NCBI RefSeq assembly: GCF_003918875.1
Contig: NW_025765691.1
Location: 1 to 64,000, forward strand
DNA: 64,000 bases
DNA from: Haliotis rubra
Taxonomy: Eukaryota
Direction: 5' to 3'
Positions within the stretch are counted from its first letter, which is position 1, and the number at the start of each line of letters is the position of its first letter. The translations under genes and the position numbers were made by a program. The notes below the pieces were generated by a model. It did no database searches. It saw nothing but the letters and a program-made list of their open reading frames with translations, and had not been told where the DNA came from. Shown in pieces: positions 12,487 to 24,361 of the stretch.

Positions 12487-13346
12487 TTCATTTTTTAAAA
12501 TGATGTTTCCTCCCATGTCATGGCTAAGCTCCAATTTATTTGTAATTTTGCAATACGACCTTAGTGCTAGGTCAGTTGTACGTGTAAATACAAGATGAGG
12601 ATTACAGGTGAATTATCTGCTTCAAAGCAAATTGCATGACGTCGTCATGTTTTGAGTAAAACACAAAGCGGTGACGAATACGTACCTTTGTCAACTGTCA
12701 ACTCTCTCACAACACTGTGTTAATTCTCCCTTCCAAAGAACAGTCATTCCTAATGACTGACTCGCGCCAATCAGTATGTTTTTTAGCAAACATTTACACT
12801 GAAAATTCCTGTTCGCATCTAATTAAACAGTACACAATCGTCTATAAATACGCTTACTGTTTCCATTGCTCCAAAGGTACGACAATTACACAAAACTGAT
12901 GATCGATTCAGTGTCCATCTCTTGCTATAGCAGTGTTTTGTACGGTTTGCCTACACACAATTAAACACCCAACCAAACCTTGCCAATGATTCGATCTCAA
13001 TGCAAACACTTTGTTGTGTGTTAGCGTTTAGCTGATTTCAGGTTCCCAGTGTGGATGTTGACATTCCACCTATAACACATCAATGTCTGTCCGACTTCAT
13101 TAGTGGACAATGATTTCAACGGGGCGTAATGGTGCAGCTATGATAGCCTACAGCAGTCTGGGTTTGGAAGTCAACACATCGTTTTTCGTACTATGATACT
13201 CTTCAGGTGACTCCAACAGAGATAGTCTTTCAGAAAGCCCTATGTACAGCGTAGTACGTTACCAAGGCAACATTTATTTTCTCACAATGGTGATTTAAGC
13301 GTGACTTCAACAACGCAGTGGGTCTTTTAACCTCTCGGAATGCAAG

Positions 13347-14522
13347 ATGGGTGCTTGTAGTTTGTGTTTGACGTTCCTGCTGGGTACGTATGTAGTCACG
13401 GCTAAAGGACAAATCAACAGCACAGTGAAGACAGAAATTATAGGTCTACGATCAGAACTTTTAAGGAACCTGGGGCCCAATGTACCACCAATCATGTCCG
13501 AAGGAAGTGCTATCAAACTTGAGTTATCCTTGAAGTCGCTATATATCAATAATCTCAACTCAGCGACGGAGACTCTCCATACCACAGCTTGTGTCCTTAT
13601 GACCTGGTACGACAGGTCTGTCTCCTGGTCACCTGGCAACCATTCCGGTATCCAACAAGTACAGTTCGACATGTCCGAAGTGTGGACGCCCGTGTTGGTG
13701 CTCAGCAACTCCGTCGGGAATTCCGCCCCTCTCTCCACCACCGTGCCTGTCGTCCTAACGGCTGACGGGAGGTTCATGTGGCAGATCCCAGCGACGTGGG
13801 CCACAACTTGTACGATTAGCATAGAAAAGTATCCTTTTGACGAACAGTTCTGTGATCTGAAGTTCACGACAGTTGAAGGGCCCCTGCTTGAAATGACAGC
13901 CGACGCCAACGACGATCCAAAAAACGACGACATCGGTATTCTGCCTGACGGGACTGGTGAATGGGAGATTCGAAACTTGTCTTTGGTTAAAGCTGGAAAG
14001 GAAGGACAATTGCCCGGTCTACAGTATCGACTACACATGAAGCGGAGGTACCTGTTCCACATGCTGAACGTTGTGTTCCCGATGTCTGTGCTGTCGTTCA
14101 CGAGCACTATGGTGTTCCTACTTCCCACACGGTCGGGAGAAAAGATAGGCTTTCTTATGGCTGTGTTTGTGTCTAACGCCCTCTTCCTCACCTACAACCA
14201 GGAGTCGATGCCTCACACCTCCAACTCTGTGTCCAGTCTATCGCTATATCTCACACTCATCCAAGTTCAGGAGTTTCTCACCATATTTGGAACCATCATG
14301 GTGTACATAGTGTATGATCAGCGAATGGTAGACCAAGAGTTGAAGGTGAAGGTCAACAAAGTACAGGTAACTCCGGTTGACAGTGCCACCTCAGATCTCA
14401 GGAAGCGCAGGTCTTTAAGGGATCGTTTCCGAGAGACCCCAGCTGACCGAAAACTGGACTGCATATTCTTTTGTATCTCCTTGTTCTTAGCTATTACGGC
14501 GTACATGACTATTCTTTTATAA
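13347..14522 (+). CDS. Intronless Cys-loop ligand-gated ion channel subunit (divergent nAChR-like, non-alpha), 391 aa, copy 1
   Basis: Signal peptide; WYD...W and VWTP motifs; Cys-loop CTISIEKYPFDEQFC; GEW; LHMKRR pre-M1; M1 proline; M2 GEK; four TM helices; short M3-M4 loop. Confidence 0.95.
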   Translation: MGACSLCLTFLLGTYVVTAKGQINSTVKTEIIGLRSELLRNLGPNVPPIMSEGSAIKLELSLKSLYINNLNSATETLHTTACVLMTWYDRSVSWSPGNHSGIQQVQFDMSEVWTPVLVLSNSVGNSAPLSTTVPVVLTADGRFMWQIPATWATTCTISIEKYPFDEQFCDLKFTTVEGPLLEMTADANDDPKNDDIGILPDGTGEWEIRNLSLVKAGKEGQLPGLQYRLHMKRRYLFHMLNVVFPMSVLSFTSTMVFLLPTRSGEKIGFLMAVFVSNALFLTYNQESMPHTSNSVSSLSLYLTLIQVQEFLTIFGTIMVYIVYDQRMVDQELKVKVNKVQVTPVDSATSDLRKRRSLRDRFRETPADRKLDCIFFCISLFLAITAYMTILL

Positions 14523-14865
14523 CGATGCAAGTGAAAAGAAACACTTCAGTTCATTGTCACATTGGCAATATCATCAGTGATTCACGATATGTAAAGGGAG
14601 ATTATGTTGCCATGTCGTTGCAGTATATAGAGTTATCCCCCTTGATGTAAACGCCACTTCAGAATATCTGGTCATTCGTTTGAGAGGCATATAGGCACAG
14701 AAACATGCATTTGTACCTTTCATATTTAATAGCATCTATATGATATAAGTCTAACAAATTTCGTTTTTGTTGATTTTAAAGGAAATCTGAACGTGGCCGA
14801 AATCTTACTCGTTAAAATCGTCTGCTTCATCTTCGTTCATGAAGCATACATAACACTGATACATA

Positions 14866-15020
14866 GGAATGTTTCCAAGAGGTGACATGTAGAAAGTGTA
14901 AAGGCTGCCTGAGTATACCTAAAGGATCGCGATGTCAGCCAGGGAATGTTTCCAAGAGGTGACATGTAGAAAGTGTAAAGGCTGCCTGAGTATACCTAAA
15001 GGATCGCGATGTCAGCCAGG
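14866..15020. repeat. Perfect 77-bp tandem duplication
   Basis: ggaatgtttccaagagg...gatgtcagccag repeated twice. Confidence 0.9.
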
Positions 15021-15750
15021 GCGACTTAGTTTCTGTAAACGCTGCCCGAAGGAGGCGTGGATCGTGGCTCACAGTGTCGATCTTTGAGTCGATCATCGAT
15101 CATTTACCAATTTTGTTGAGGAAGAAATACAACACAGAGAAACCACCCTCAGTGAACACAAAAAGTGGGTGAGTGAGTCTGGTTTTACGCCAATTTTAGC
15201 AATATTATGGCGGTTGTGGAATCGGGTCTTCGGCGTGACGAGCGGACGCTTTCACCATAATCTACCCCACCGCCCCGAACAAATTGTCACTGGAACATAG
15301 TAATGTTTCAGTACTATGTACAACTCTCGTTACAAACTATCACTGTATATACTTTCAGGATATAAACATGATGTTTTATTGAACAGTGCTGTCTAGACTG
15401 AAATGATTGTGTGGACCGTATTGATTTGTATAATATATTTTAATATCGTTTTTCTGCCCGCTTGTTGTTTGGTTCCATATGCAGTAATTTCCAGCAATGA
15501 GGCAGCTGTCTGTAAGTAATGGAATCTGGACCAAACAATCCAGTGATTGACATTATAAGCGAAGGTCCACACCATCACGTTGGCATTCAATAAACCATGT
15601 CGCCGTGCCTGACCATCCGATCAATTCCGTTGTCACTTACGACCAGCAACCTGGAATTCCCTCGGGCTGTGGAAGGTTCCTTTTGACAAACTCGTGTGGA
15701 ACAGTTCCAGATGATGTGCTTGAGAGATAAGAAAGTTGGTTTGATTAAAT

Positions 15751-15990
15751 ACTCGTGAAGATCGGGTTATAAATTGCCCTTCAGCAGCCCACGCTTGTTG
15801 TAAGAAACGACTTACATTATTCGGGTGAATAGGCTCGCTGACTTGATTGACACGTCATCGTCTCCCAATTGCCTAGATCGATGTTCATGCTGTTGATCAC
15901 TGGATTGTCTGGTCCATACTCACTTATTTACAGACCGTCGCCATATAGCTGGAATACTGCTGAGTGCGGCGTTAAACAACAACCAACAAC
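15751..15990 (+). mobile_element. SINE family B, moderately diverged
   Basis: actcgtgaagatc head, family body and tail ending in (caa)n. Confidence 0.85.
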
Positions 15991-17866
15991 CATGGTTTGA
16001 TAAACAGATAAAGATTGACTGTTCTAGCGGCATTAAATGGCAGCCTAGCAAGCTTAATTGACTTATGTACACTTAAATACGTTTAATATATTTCCTTATT
16101 TTTGGCCTGTGAGTTTCTATTTTTGTTGAAGAGTTTGTATACACATAGTAAAGGATATCCAAACGGGCATACAATTCTCAAGAAATAACGTAAGTATTAC
16201 TAACCGAGCACAAAATAACCTTCACCAACCGCAATAGCTATCAAGCTTGTGCAGTGGAGGATCTCTACGTATCCTGCGATCCGTAATGTCCCAAACATGT
16301 GATTGAAATCTCGACTCATGCCAAGTTAGAATTGCTACCGAGAAATTTCCAATGGCTAGTGCATGGCAAGACCGAAAGCTAGCATGTCGTCCTTGAATAC
16401 TGACCTTGTGCTTCAGAGGATGGTCATATAAATGTGGTACAACAACCCGGTCTAGGATGATGTGAGGTACCATTGTCCATTCAGATTTTGCCTGATCGTC
16501 ACAAGGTCGGTTTTACAGTCATATGAGAGGCATCCGTGCGCCACCAATTGCCCCCAGATTCCGTTGCCCGTATGCAGTGTGTCTGCTTTGCCAAACATGA
16601 ACAGAAGTAGTCGACTTCCCCATGACGTCACATTCCAGTGACGTCGAACTTGACATCAAATAGTTGTGCTACGTTGTGCTCTGGGGATAACACCATACCT
16701 CTGATAGGCCGTCTGACTCTATGCCCGGCCGATTATAGGCGAGTTCAGGCCGTTCTATTGGACAAACAACGATGTTGAAGCTACTGATTCTGAGTGGGGG
16801 TGTATCTTTCTAAGGACTTGTCACTCGTGGTCCACCTGAACGCTGACAACCATTAACATCATCAGGTTGTTTTCTGGCCAGTCGATGGCTGACAACCAAC
16901 ATCTACTGCAACAGCCCTCAGTACCATGCCAGCATTCTGCATACCGATAACCATCGTTGAGATGTTAAGGAGACCCGATATCAACATCGAAATCCATTGG
17001 GTTTCTAAGTTATCGAGCTATTAGAACAATTTATTGAAACTTCTTATTTGCTTAATGACGGGCACACGCATTGCAAATGGCGTCTTTAATCTTAGCATCT
17101 GCACATCTAAAAAGCATAGTGCGGGCATCAGAATCATCATACAAAAAACAGAATTATGATGTGACTACAGCGCAGATTAAAAGTCATAGATTTTGCAAAA
17201 CATTTTTTCCATGTCCACATTTCAAGCACATGTAATTGCGGCGAGATAGACGACCGTGCCCATTTTTCTAAATACATGTAACGTCAATAATTCATCCGCA
17301 GCAGCATTGTACGTGGTATTATTCAAGGCAACACGTCCGTTCTAATGAACGATCAGGTATTTCTATTGAGGAGGCCATGCTAAACAGTCTGTCCATTATC
17401 AGACAATTACTCTATTCCTGTTTTCCAACTCAATATATTAAGATTTAATCCGGCCTTGTGCTTCCTCTATTCCAGTGTCACCTCTGGTGCACACACCTGC
17501 TTATCAATTCAGCACCCATTAGCAGCTACGAAGCTGATAAACTAAATGTTTAAACACGTTTTGCGTGTTCTCACAAAGCTGTAGTTCACGTGACTTTCCA
17601 CGTATCAGTGTCTGTACGATCCATTAGCGGACAATGATTCCAACGGAACGTAATGGTTCAGCTTTGATAGCCTACAGCATTCTGGGATTGGAAGTCAACG
17701 TATTGTTTTCCCCACAATGATACACCTCATATGACTCCAACAGAGATAGTCTTTCAGAATGCTCTACAACGTGGTATTTTGCCAAGGCAACATTTATTTT
17801 CTCACAATGGTGATTTTCCCGTGACTTCAACAACGCAGTGGGTCTCTTCGCCTCTCGGAATGCAAG

Positions 17867-19039
17867 ATGGGTGCTTGTCGGCTATGTTTGACGTTCCTGC
17901 TGGGTACGTGGGTAGTCAAGGCCGAAGGGCAGATCAACAGCACAGTGAAGAGAGAAATTATAGGTCTACGATCAGAACTTTTAAGGAACCTGGGGCCCAA
18001 TGTACCACCAATCATGTCCGAAGAAAGTGCTATCAAACTTGAGTTATCCTTGAAGTCGCTATATATCAATGATCTCAATTCAGCGACGGAGACTCTCCAT
18101 ACCACAGTTTGTGTTATTATGACCTGGTACGACAGGTCTGTCTCCTGGTCACCTGGCAACCATTCCGGTATCCAACAAGTACAGTTCGACATGTCCGAAG
18201 TGTGGACGCCCGTGTTTGTGCTCAGCAACTCCGTCGGGAATTCCGGCCCTGTCTCCACCACCGTGCCCGTCGTCCTAACGGCTGACGGGAGGTTCATGTG
18301 GCAGATTCCAGCGACGTGGGCCACAACTTGTACGATTAACATAGAAAGGTATCCTTATGACGAGCAGCACTGTGCTCTGAAGTTCACAACAGTTGAAGGG
18401 GTCCTGCTTGACATAACAGCCGACGCCAACGACGACCCAAACAACGACATCGGCTTTCAGATTGACGGGACTGGTGAATGGGAGATTCTCAACTTGTCTT
18501 TGGTTAAAGCTGGAAAGGAAAGACAATCGCCCGGTCTACAGTATCGACTACACATGAAGCGGAGGTACCTGTTCCACATGCTGAACGTTGTGTTTCCGAT
18601 GTCTGTCCTGTTGTTCACGAGCACTATGGTGTTCCTACTTCCCACACGGTCGGGAGAAAAGATTGGCTTTCTTATGGCTGTGTTTGTGTCTAACGCCCTC
18701 TTCCTCACCTACAACCAGGAGTCGATGCCTCACACCTCCAGCTCTGTGTCCAGTCTATCGCTATATCTCACAATCATCCAAGTTCAGGAGTTTTTAATCG
18801 TGCTGGCAACCATCGTGGTGCACATAGTGTATGATCAGCGAATAGTGGACCAAGAGTTGAAGGTGAAGGTCAACAAAGTACAGGTAACTCCGGTTGACAG
18901 GGCCACCTCAGATCTCAGGAAGCGCAGGTCTTTACGGGATCGTTTCCGAGAGACCCCAGCTGACCGAAAACTGGACTGCATATTCTTTTGTATCTCCTTG
19001 TTCTTAGCTATTACGGCGTACATGACTATTCTTTTATAA
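17867..19039 (+). CDS. Intronless Cys-loop ligand-gated ion channel subunit (divergent nAChR-like, non-alpha), 390 aa, copy 2
   Basis: Close paralogue of 13347-14522; Cys-loop CTINIERYPYDEQHC; identical M2 and M4. Confidence 0.95.
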   Translation: MGACRLCLTFLLGTWVVKAEGQINSTVKREIIGLRSELLRNLGPNVPPIMSEESAIKLELSLKSLYINDLNSATETLHTTVCVIMTWYDRSVSWSPGNHSGIQQVQFDMSEVWTPVFVLSNSVGNSGPVSTTVPVVLTADGRFMWQIPATWATTCTINIERYPYDEQHCALKFTTVEGVLLDITADANDDPNNDIGFQIDGTGEWEILNLSLVKAGKERQSPGLQYRLHMKRRYLFHMLNVVFPMSVLLFTSTMVFLLPTRSGEKIGFLMAVFVSNALFLTYNQESMPHTSSSVSSLSLYLTIIQVQEFLIVLATIVVHIVYDQRIVDQELKVKVNKVQVTPVDRATSDLRKRRSLRDRFRETPADRKLDCIFFCISLFLAITAYMTILL

Positions 19040-19057
19040 CGATGCAATATTATGGTT

Positions 19058-19280
19058 GCTGTTGGTGGAAGTTTGTTGTTTAACGCCGCACTCAGCAATA
19101 TTCCAGCTATATGGCGGTAGTCTGTAAATGATCGAGTCTGGACCAGACAATTCAGTGATCAACAGCATGAGCATCGATCTAGGCAATTGGCATGAGCTTG
19201 ACCACCCGATCCCGTTAGTTGCCTCTTACGACAAGCAATGGGTTGCTGTTGACCAGTTCCAACCCGGATCTTCACGCGTA
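19058..19280 (-). mobile_element. SINE family B inserted just downstream of the receptor copy 2 stop
   Basis: Reverse-complement family B; TSD aatattatgg at ~19048 and ~19282. Confidence 0.9.
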
Positions 19281-19390
19281 AAATATTATGGCTAGATGAC
19301 TGTTGTCCATTTTAAAGAGTTCAGACATAAAGATGAAAACGTCTTCTGACCAGCTTTATACTTATAAATACCGATGTGCTACACACACAT

Positions 19391-19425
<35 letters not shown>

Positions 19426-19743
19426 CTCAAACACACATCGAGGCGGGAAGATCTTGGTTCTAATTGGCCTTCAGCAACCAAAGCTTTTCAAAATGGCGAC
19501 TCACCGTATCAGGCTTGCTGACTTGGTTTAAGCATGTTATCTGATCATATCTGCTTATATCGTTCAAGTGTCAATGCCTGGAATGTCTGGTCCCGACTCG
19601 AGTTTTAACAGATCGCCACCGTGCAACTGGAATTTTGGCTGAAAGGGTGAGTTCTGACGGGGTAGTCATTAAATATCGACTTATGCCTTTAACGTCTCTA
19701 TGTGTATGTTACTGATAATCACTGTCTGCTTTGAGTACGACCA

Positions 19744-19903
19744 GGGACCGGTGGGGTAGTCTACTGGTTAAAGCGTTCGCTCGTCACACCGATGACCCAA
19801 GTTCGATTCCCCACAGGGGTACAATGTGAAGCCCGTTTCTGGGGTCCCCGACGTGATATTACTGGATTGTTGCAAAAAGCGGCGTAAAACTAAACTCACT
19901 CAC
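19744..19903 (+). mobile_element. SINE family A, (CACT)n tail
   Basis: Full head, body and tail; imperfect TSD gta(c/t)gacc. Confidence 0.88.
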
Positions 19904-20937
19904 ACTGTATGACCCACGGTTGTGACAGACGTGACCTCAGTGCGATCTTATGGGAAAGAGGTTGCATTGTGAAGCACCAAATGTGCTTAAGGGATCTCAA
20001 TAGTTTTCAGGTTTCAGAGGTGATTACCTGTTAAATCATGATGAATACTATGTCATCAGTTTTAATGAAAACTCTTCAAGGGGTAGATTTCCATGTCATA
20101 CAAATTGAATTATTTTTCAAGCTCTCTCAGGCTGTTATGGAAGCGTTTGAATGGTTTCCCGCTTGTGTTTACATGCTATATTGTGCTACCTTTCCTCTAA
20201 AGGAATAACACTTCTTCGGCTGGGTTTTCCCTCGTTTTTTAGGAGATCCTTCGACCCATGTTGCTTTAAATTTGGTAAAATTTATCGGCGTCATTTGTGA
20301 ATTTCCCGATTCAGAAGATAAAACAGTAATTTACTTTTATTATATTGATAACATGATTAATAAAGAGCTAAATGTTTTCAGACTTCGCCGTTTTGTTTTA
20401 AATGAAATATTAAACCATGTCTGTATTTAAGGCAATAAATTCTTTCTAAAACACTTGCATATTGATACTGGGTATAGAGTGAGTGAGTAAAACGTACATT
20501 CAGAATATCTCAACTTTCGTCCAATTACTAAAGTAATTATATATCTTTCAAATTGAATTGTGTGATATGAATGTTAAGCACACTGACAGGAAATTTGCAA
20601 ATAACATATCTTATACAGTGTAGATTAGAATATGTATACATAGATGGCGGTATTTCTACCTTGTACAATTAAGTGTCTTTCGACGACAACCAAAGGCAGT
20701 GCATTATTATGGCAATTTTTCACTGCTTCTGCTTGATAATTAGATATCTTGTGCATCCTTCGTTTCCATAAGATTTTATCCGCACTTGCTAAAGGACATC
20801 AAACCAATTGTTTTCCATACTATATATCAGAACTTTTCTTCCACATAGAAATACAAATGAAATAGTGCTCATGGTCCTAGATCGAAATGATTGTTGACAC
20901 GAAAACATGACTTTCGTCCATGATGCACGAAAACCGA

Positions 20938-21041
20938 TGACGTCATCGCAATTGTTTGACGTCACGTTTCTCAGGGAGATCCAGTCAGTCAGTGTGACGT
21001 CGGGAAACAGACAAAAGTACACGTCGGCCAATCTGCTTCAG
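20938..21041 (+). promoter_or_regulatory. Putative promoter/first non-coding exon with clustered CRE sites
   Basis: TGACGTCA at 20938 and 20957, TGACGTCG at 20995; CpG-rich; donor CAG|gtgggt after 21041. Confidence 0.5.
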
Positions 21042-21252
21042 GTGGGTATCTTAACTTTCCGTGTTTTTCGGGTAATAGTGAATTTTTAACAGAGGATTAA
21101 TTTCCCTTGTGAATTCTTCTCGTGGAATGTTATGCTTAGGGGTACCTACTTAGGTTATTTCTTTGTTCCGGAAAATGTAATATAGATAGAGGATCTATTC
21201 CACATCTACATGTTGGTAAACTGGCAGGGGAATCCTACACCTAGAATATATA

Positions 21253-21347
21253 CTCATGCCAATAATGGTTGTCACCCCCTTCATTTTTTTTAATTGGAGA
21301 GGGTGTGTGGGGTTGGGGTGGGGAGTGACAACCATTATTGGCATGAG
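21253..21347. mobile_element. TA-flanked MITE with 23-bp perfect TIRs (Tc1/mariner-type)
   Basis: CTCATGCCAATAATGGTTGTCAC ... GTGACAACCATTATTGGCATGAG, flanked by TATA. Confidence 0.85.
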
Positions 21348-22146
21348 TATATTTGTCCAACCCGTAAACAATGTAGAGGGGGAATGAATTATTCTCTTGC
21401 TGACACTGTCGAGAACCACAGTGTGCAATATTCGAAAACTAGTTTTAATTAGATCTGGAAGATAATTTAAATAACATATATGTTTTAAATTACATCTATG
21501 ATGTTTTCAGTTGAATCTGTGAAATTGCCAGTTATTCAAATGTGTTTTATATTGAAGTATGTTACAATTTGAGCATCAGTGGTATCTCAGTTACGTCAAT
21601 CGTCTAGCGTGGAAATAACCAAGCTATCATTGTGAACATTATGGAATATATTCAGTATGACATACAGGAAACAAAGGACACCGTACACCTGTTTAATGGT
21701 GAATGAATAAAACAAACAAGAAAAGGATATTTGAGAGTAATGAATGTGGTGATGATACGGGTATCCTTGTAGTTGTTGACCTAAGATTTGCATTGTTCCG
21801 TTTCCGCGTCTGTTCTAATCCTAGTAACGTGTATATTTTTTTTATTGATATTAAGTTTTGTCAGATCAAACTTTCAGGTGCAAATGTCCTTTTGCTCTTG
21901 TGCGTGTGCGTGCGTGCGCGCGCGTGCGTGTGTGTGTAAACAAAGATTAATGGTTTGAAAGTAAAAAATTCCACACGCAACCCCAGGCAGTTACAATTTG
22001 ACATACAACACCCAACTAGGCCCGCCAAAATTTACAGATTCATGCACAAATCCGGTTTTATGCTTGACTCAAAGCCTAGGCTTACTTATAGGGCCTACAT
22101 AATCTGAGAATGTCTCCGAGATTAAGGTAACCTCGGACACCTGTGT

Positions 22147-22316
22147 GGGGGCGGTGGGGTAGCCTAATGGTTAAAGCGTTGGCTCGTCACGCCGAAGACC
22201 CGGGTTCGAATCCCCACATGGGCATAATGTGTGAAGCCCATTTCCGGTGTCCCCCGCCGTGATGTTGCTGGAATATTGCTAAAAGCGGCGTAAAACCAAA
22301 ACTCAGTCAGTCAGTC
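22147..22316 (+). mobile_element. SINE family A, young (CAGT)n subfamily
   Basis: Near-consensus; TSD tcggacacctgtg. Confidence 0.95.
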
Positions 22317-22373
22317 GGACACCTGTGATCTGTGGATCATCACCGCATCACCATCGTCCCCGTCATGTTGCAG

Positions 22374-22580
22374 ATGTCGGAGACTGCGGTGGCAACGTTC
22401 AACTACATGGCAGAGTACCTAGCCGCCATGTACAGACACCTCCCAGCTGTTGTCACCAGAGTCTGCAACGTGGTCTACGACACCCTGGGGTCAGGCTCAA
22501 CGTTAGTCGTCCAGGGGACCCAGAGTGCCAGGCGACGGATCAGCGCCATGATGGGCTGGACGACAACCAAAGACAAATGA
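22374..22580 (+). CDS. Putative 68-aa uncharacterised small protein (or terminal coding exon)
   Basis: Acceptor ttgcag directly before ATG; strong GC3 bias in the frame MSETAVATFNYMAEYLAAMYRHLPAVV...WTTTKDK*; no family recognised. Confidence 0.55.
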   Translation: MSETAVATFNYMAEYLAAMYRHLPAVVTRVCNVVYDTLGSGSTLVVQGTQSARRRISAMMGWTTTKDK

Positions 22581-23341
22581 TCCAGTTCGATCCAGTCTGA
22601 TGCAAATCTCCCTTGTCTGTTGAACGGAACACATTGGGCTAATGGCATGATTAAACTTTGACACAGCCATTACTGTTTTATGTTCTGCTCCGCGCACAAT
22701 AGAAGATGCCTGTTGTGCGACAGCTGCTTGTTGCCATACCAACCAAACCAGTATGTATATATACTTCATTTAGAAGTGTGCCAGGGATATATTTGGATGA
22801 TAATGGACAGAGTATTAAACAATTGATAATGTTTAAAGCGAGGTTGTGAGTGACCTTGCTTGTACGCCTATTACCCATTGATACAGCGACATCACAAATG
22901 TATATGACAATGATCTATTGGGGCTTCTGTTTGTCTACCACACTCAGCAATATTCAAGGTATATGCCAGCGAACTGTAAATAATCGGGTCTGGATCAGAC
23001 ACACCAGTGATTATGATTATTATGATGATCATCATGCCATCTATGTACAGAGCCCAACCACCCCATCCGTTAGATCGCCTCGTACGTCCAGGCGGTCTTT
23101 TCTAACCCACGGTCCGTGCTTGGCTGCAAATATTTAATACGTACATAACAAACAATAACACCAAAATATAACAATCCATTTGGACATTTAATTTCTAAAA
23201 CCGGTCTTCTACAGTCCAGCCAGGAACCTCAAGTCATATCTACCGTATTCCTGTCACTCTGGCGTATTCTCTGCTAAAAAAGATTGAGACCCACCCGATT
23301 TTGTCGTGACTCAAAGTAAGGACTCATGACATATTAATAAC

Positions 23342-23490
23342 GAGTGAGTGAGTTTAGTTCGCCGCTTTCAGCAATATTCCAGCAACATCATGGCGGGGGA
23401 ACACCAGAAATAAGCTTCACACATTGTACCCATGTGGGGAATCGAACCCGGGTCTTCGGCATGGCGAGCGAACGCTTTAACCACTAGGCT
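23342..23490 (-). mobile_element. SINE family A
   Basis: Reverse-complement consensus, slightly 5'-truncated. Confidence 0.88.
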
Positions 23491-24361
23491 CCAATAATAA
23501 TAGGAGTACAATGAAAGAATCAGGTGGCCCTTGCGTTTTTGAGCAGTGAAGGTGAGGATGGAGGAACATTCGTTTTTCAACTTATCTTGCTTCGACTTCA
23601 TTTCAGACAGCCGCCACATTACTGGAGTATTTTTGATTGCGTTAAACGAACAAAACAAACAAAACTCAGATGCATTTTTTCTCATAAACGATGGATCAAA
23701 TTCTAGTTGATGACGAAAACTAACTTTACAACACCCAGAAAGATGAGAATCTTGTGCTTTAATCTTGAATAATTTATTTCATCACAAAAAGAGGCACAAC
23801 ATATTTTGTATGTGCCTTGTCCAGGCGACAAACGGCCAGACCATGACATTGTCACTATGGACAGAAAATGCAAACGAAGAATCTTCCTCTCATAAATTTA
23901 TTTTCTATTTCATACAAAAATATACATGTACTCACACAATATGGAGTAAACAAGGGGTATTTTGCAAAGTAACACATGTCAACTTGCCAGTTCTTTACAC
24001 TGACATGGCACTTCACCAATCTCTAGACAGTGGTAAGTCAGCATACTGAGGGTTTGCATATTGAAACATGCATAGAACACCTGCAGGCGCGCAGCAAGCC
24101 AGTTTTTTTTGTGTAAGCCCGATAGGTTGCAAAGCTTACATTCAGATAGTATTGAGGGCTTGACCATGCTTTCTAGCAACAATCATGTGTAAGCCTGGGC
24201 TTTTTGTTTTAAAGGTAGCTATGCCCCTGAACACAGTGGGCGAAGTCGGCCATACGTACTGTTACATCGCATACCAAGCTATCATCATGAGTTACAAACA
24301 TTGTATTTGGATTGCCAAGGAAACTCTGCTTATAGTTTGAAATATGAGCTAAATCTTTTGG

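Noticed and set aside
13307-14191. 294-aa antisense ORF and similar antisense ORFs over copy 2
   Set aside because: Shadow of the receptor CDS; broken in the paralogue; no motifs.
22147-22220. tRNA-Asp-like sequences in family A heads and the tRNA-like head at 50730
   Set aside because: No intact acceptor stem; each continues into a SINE body and tail with TSDs, so they are not tRNA genes.
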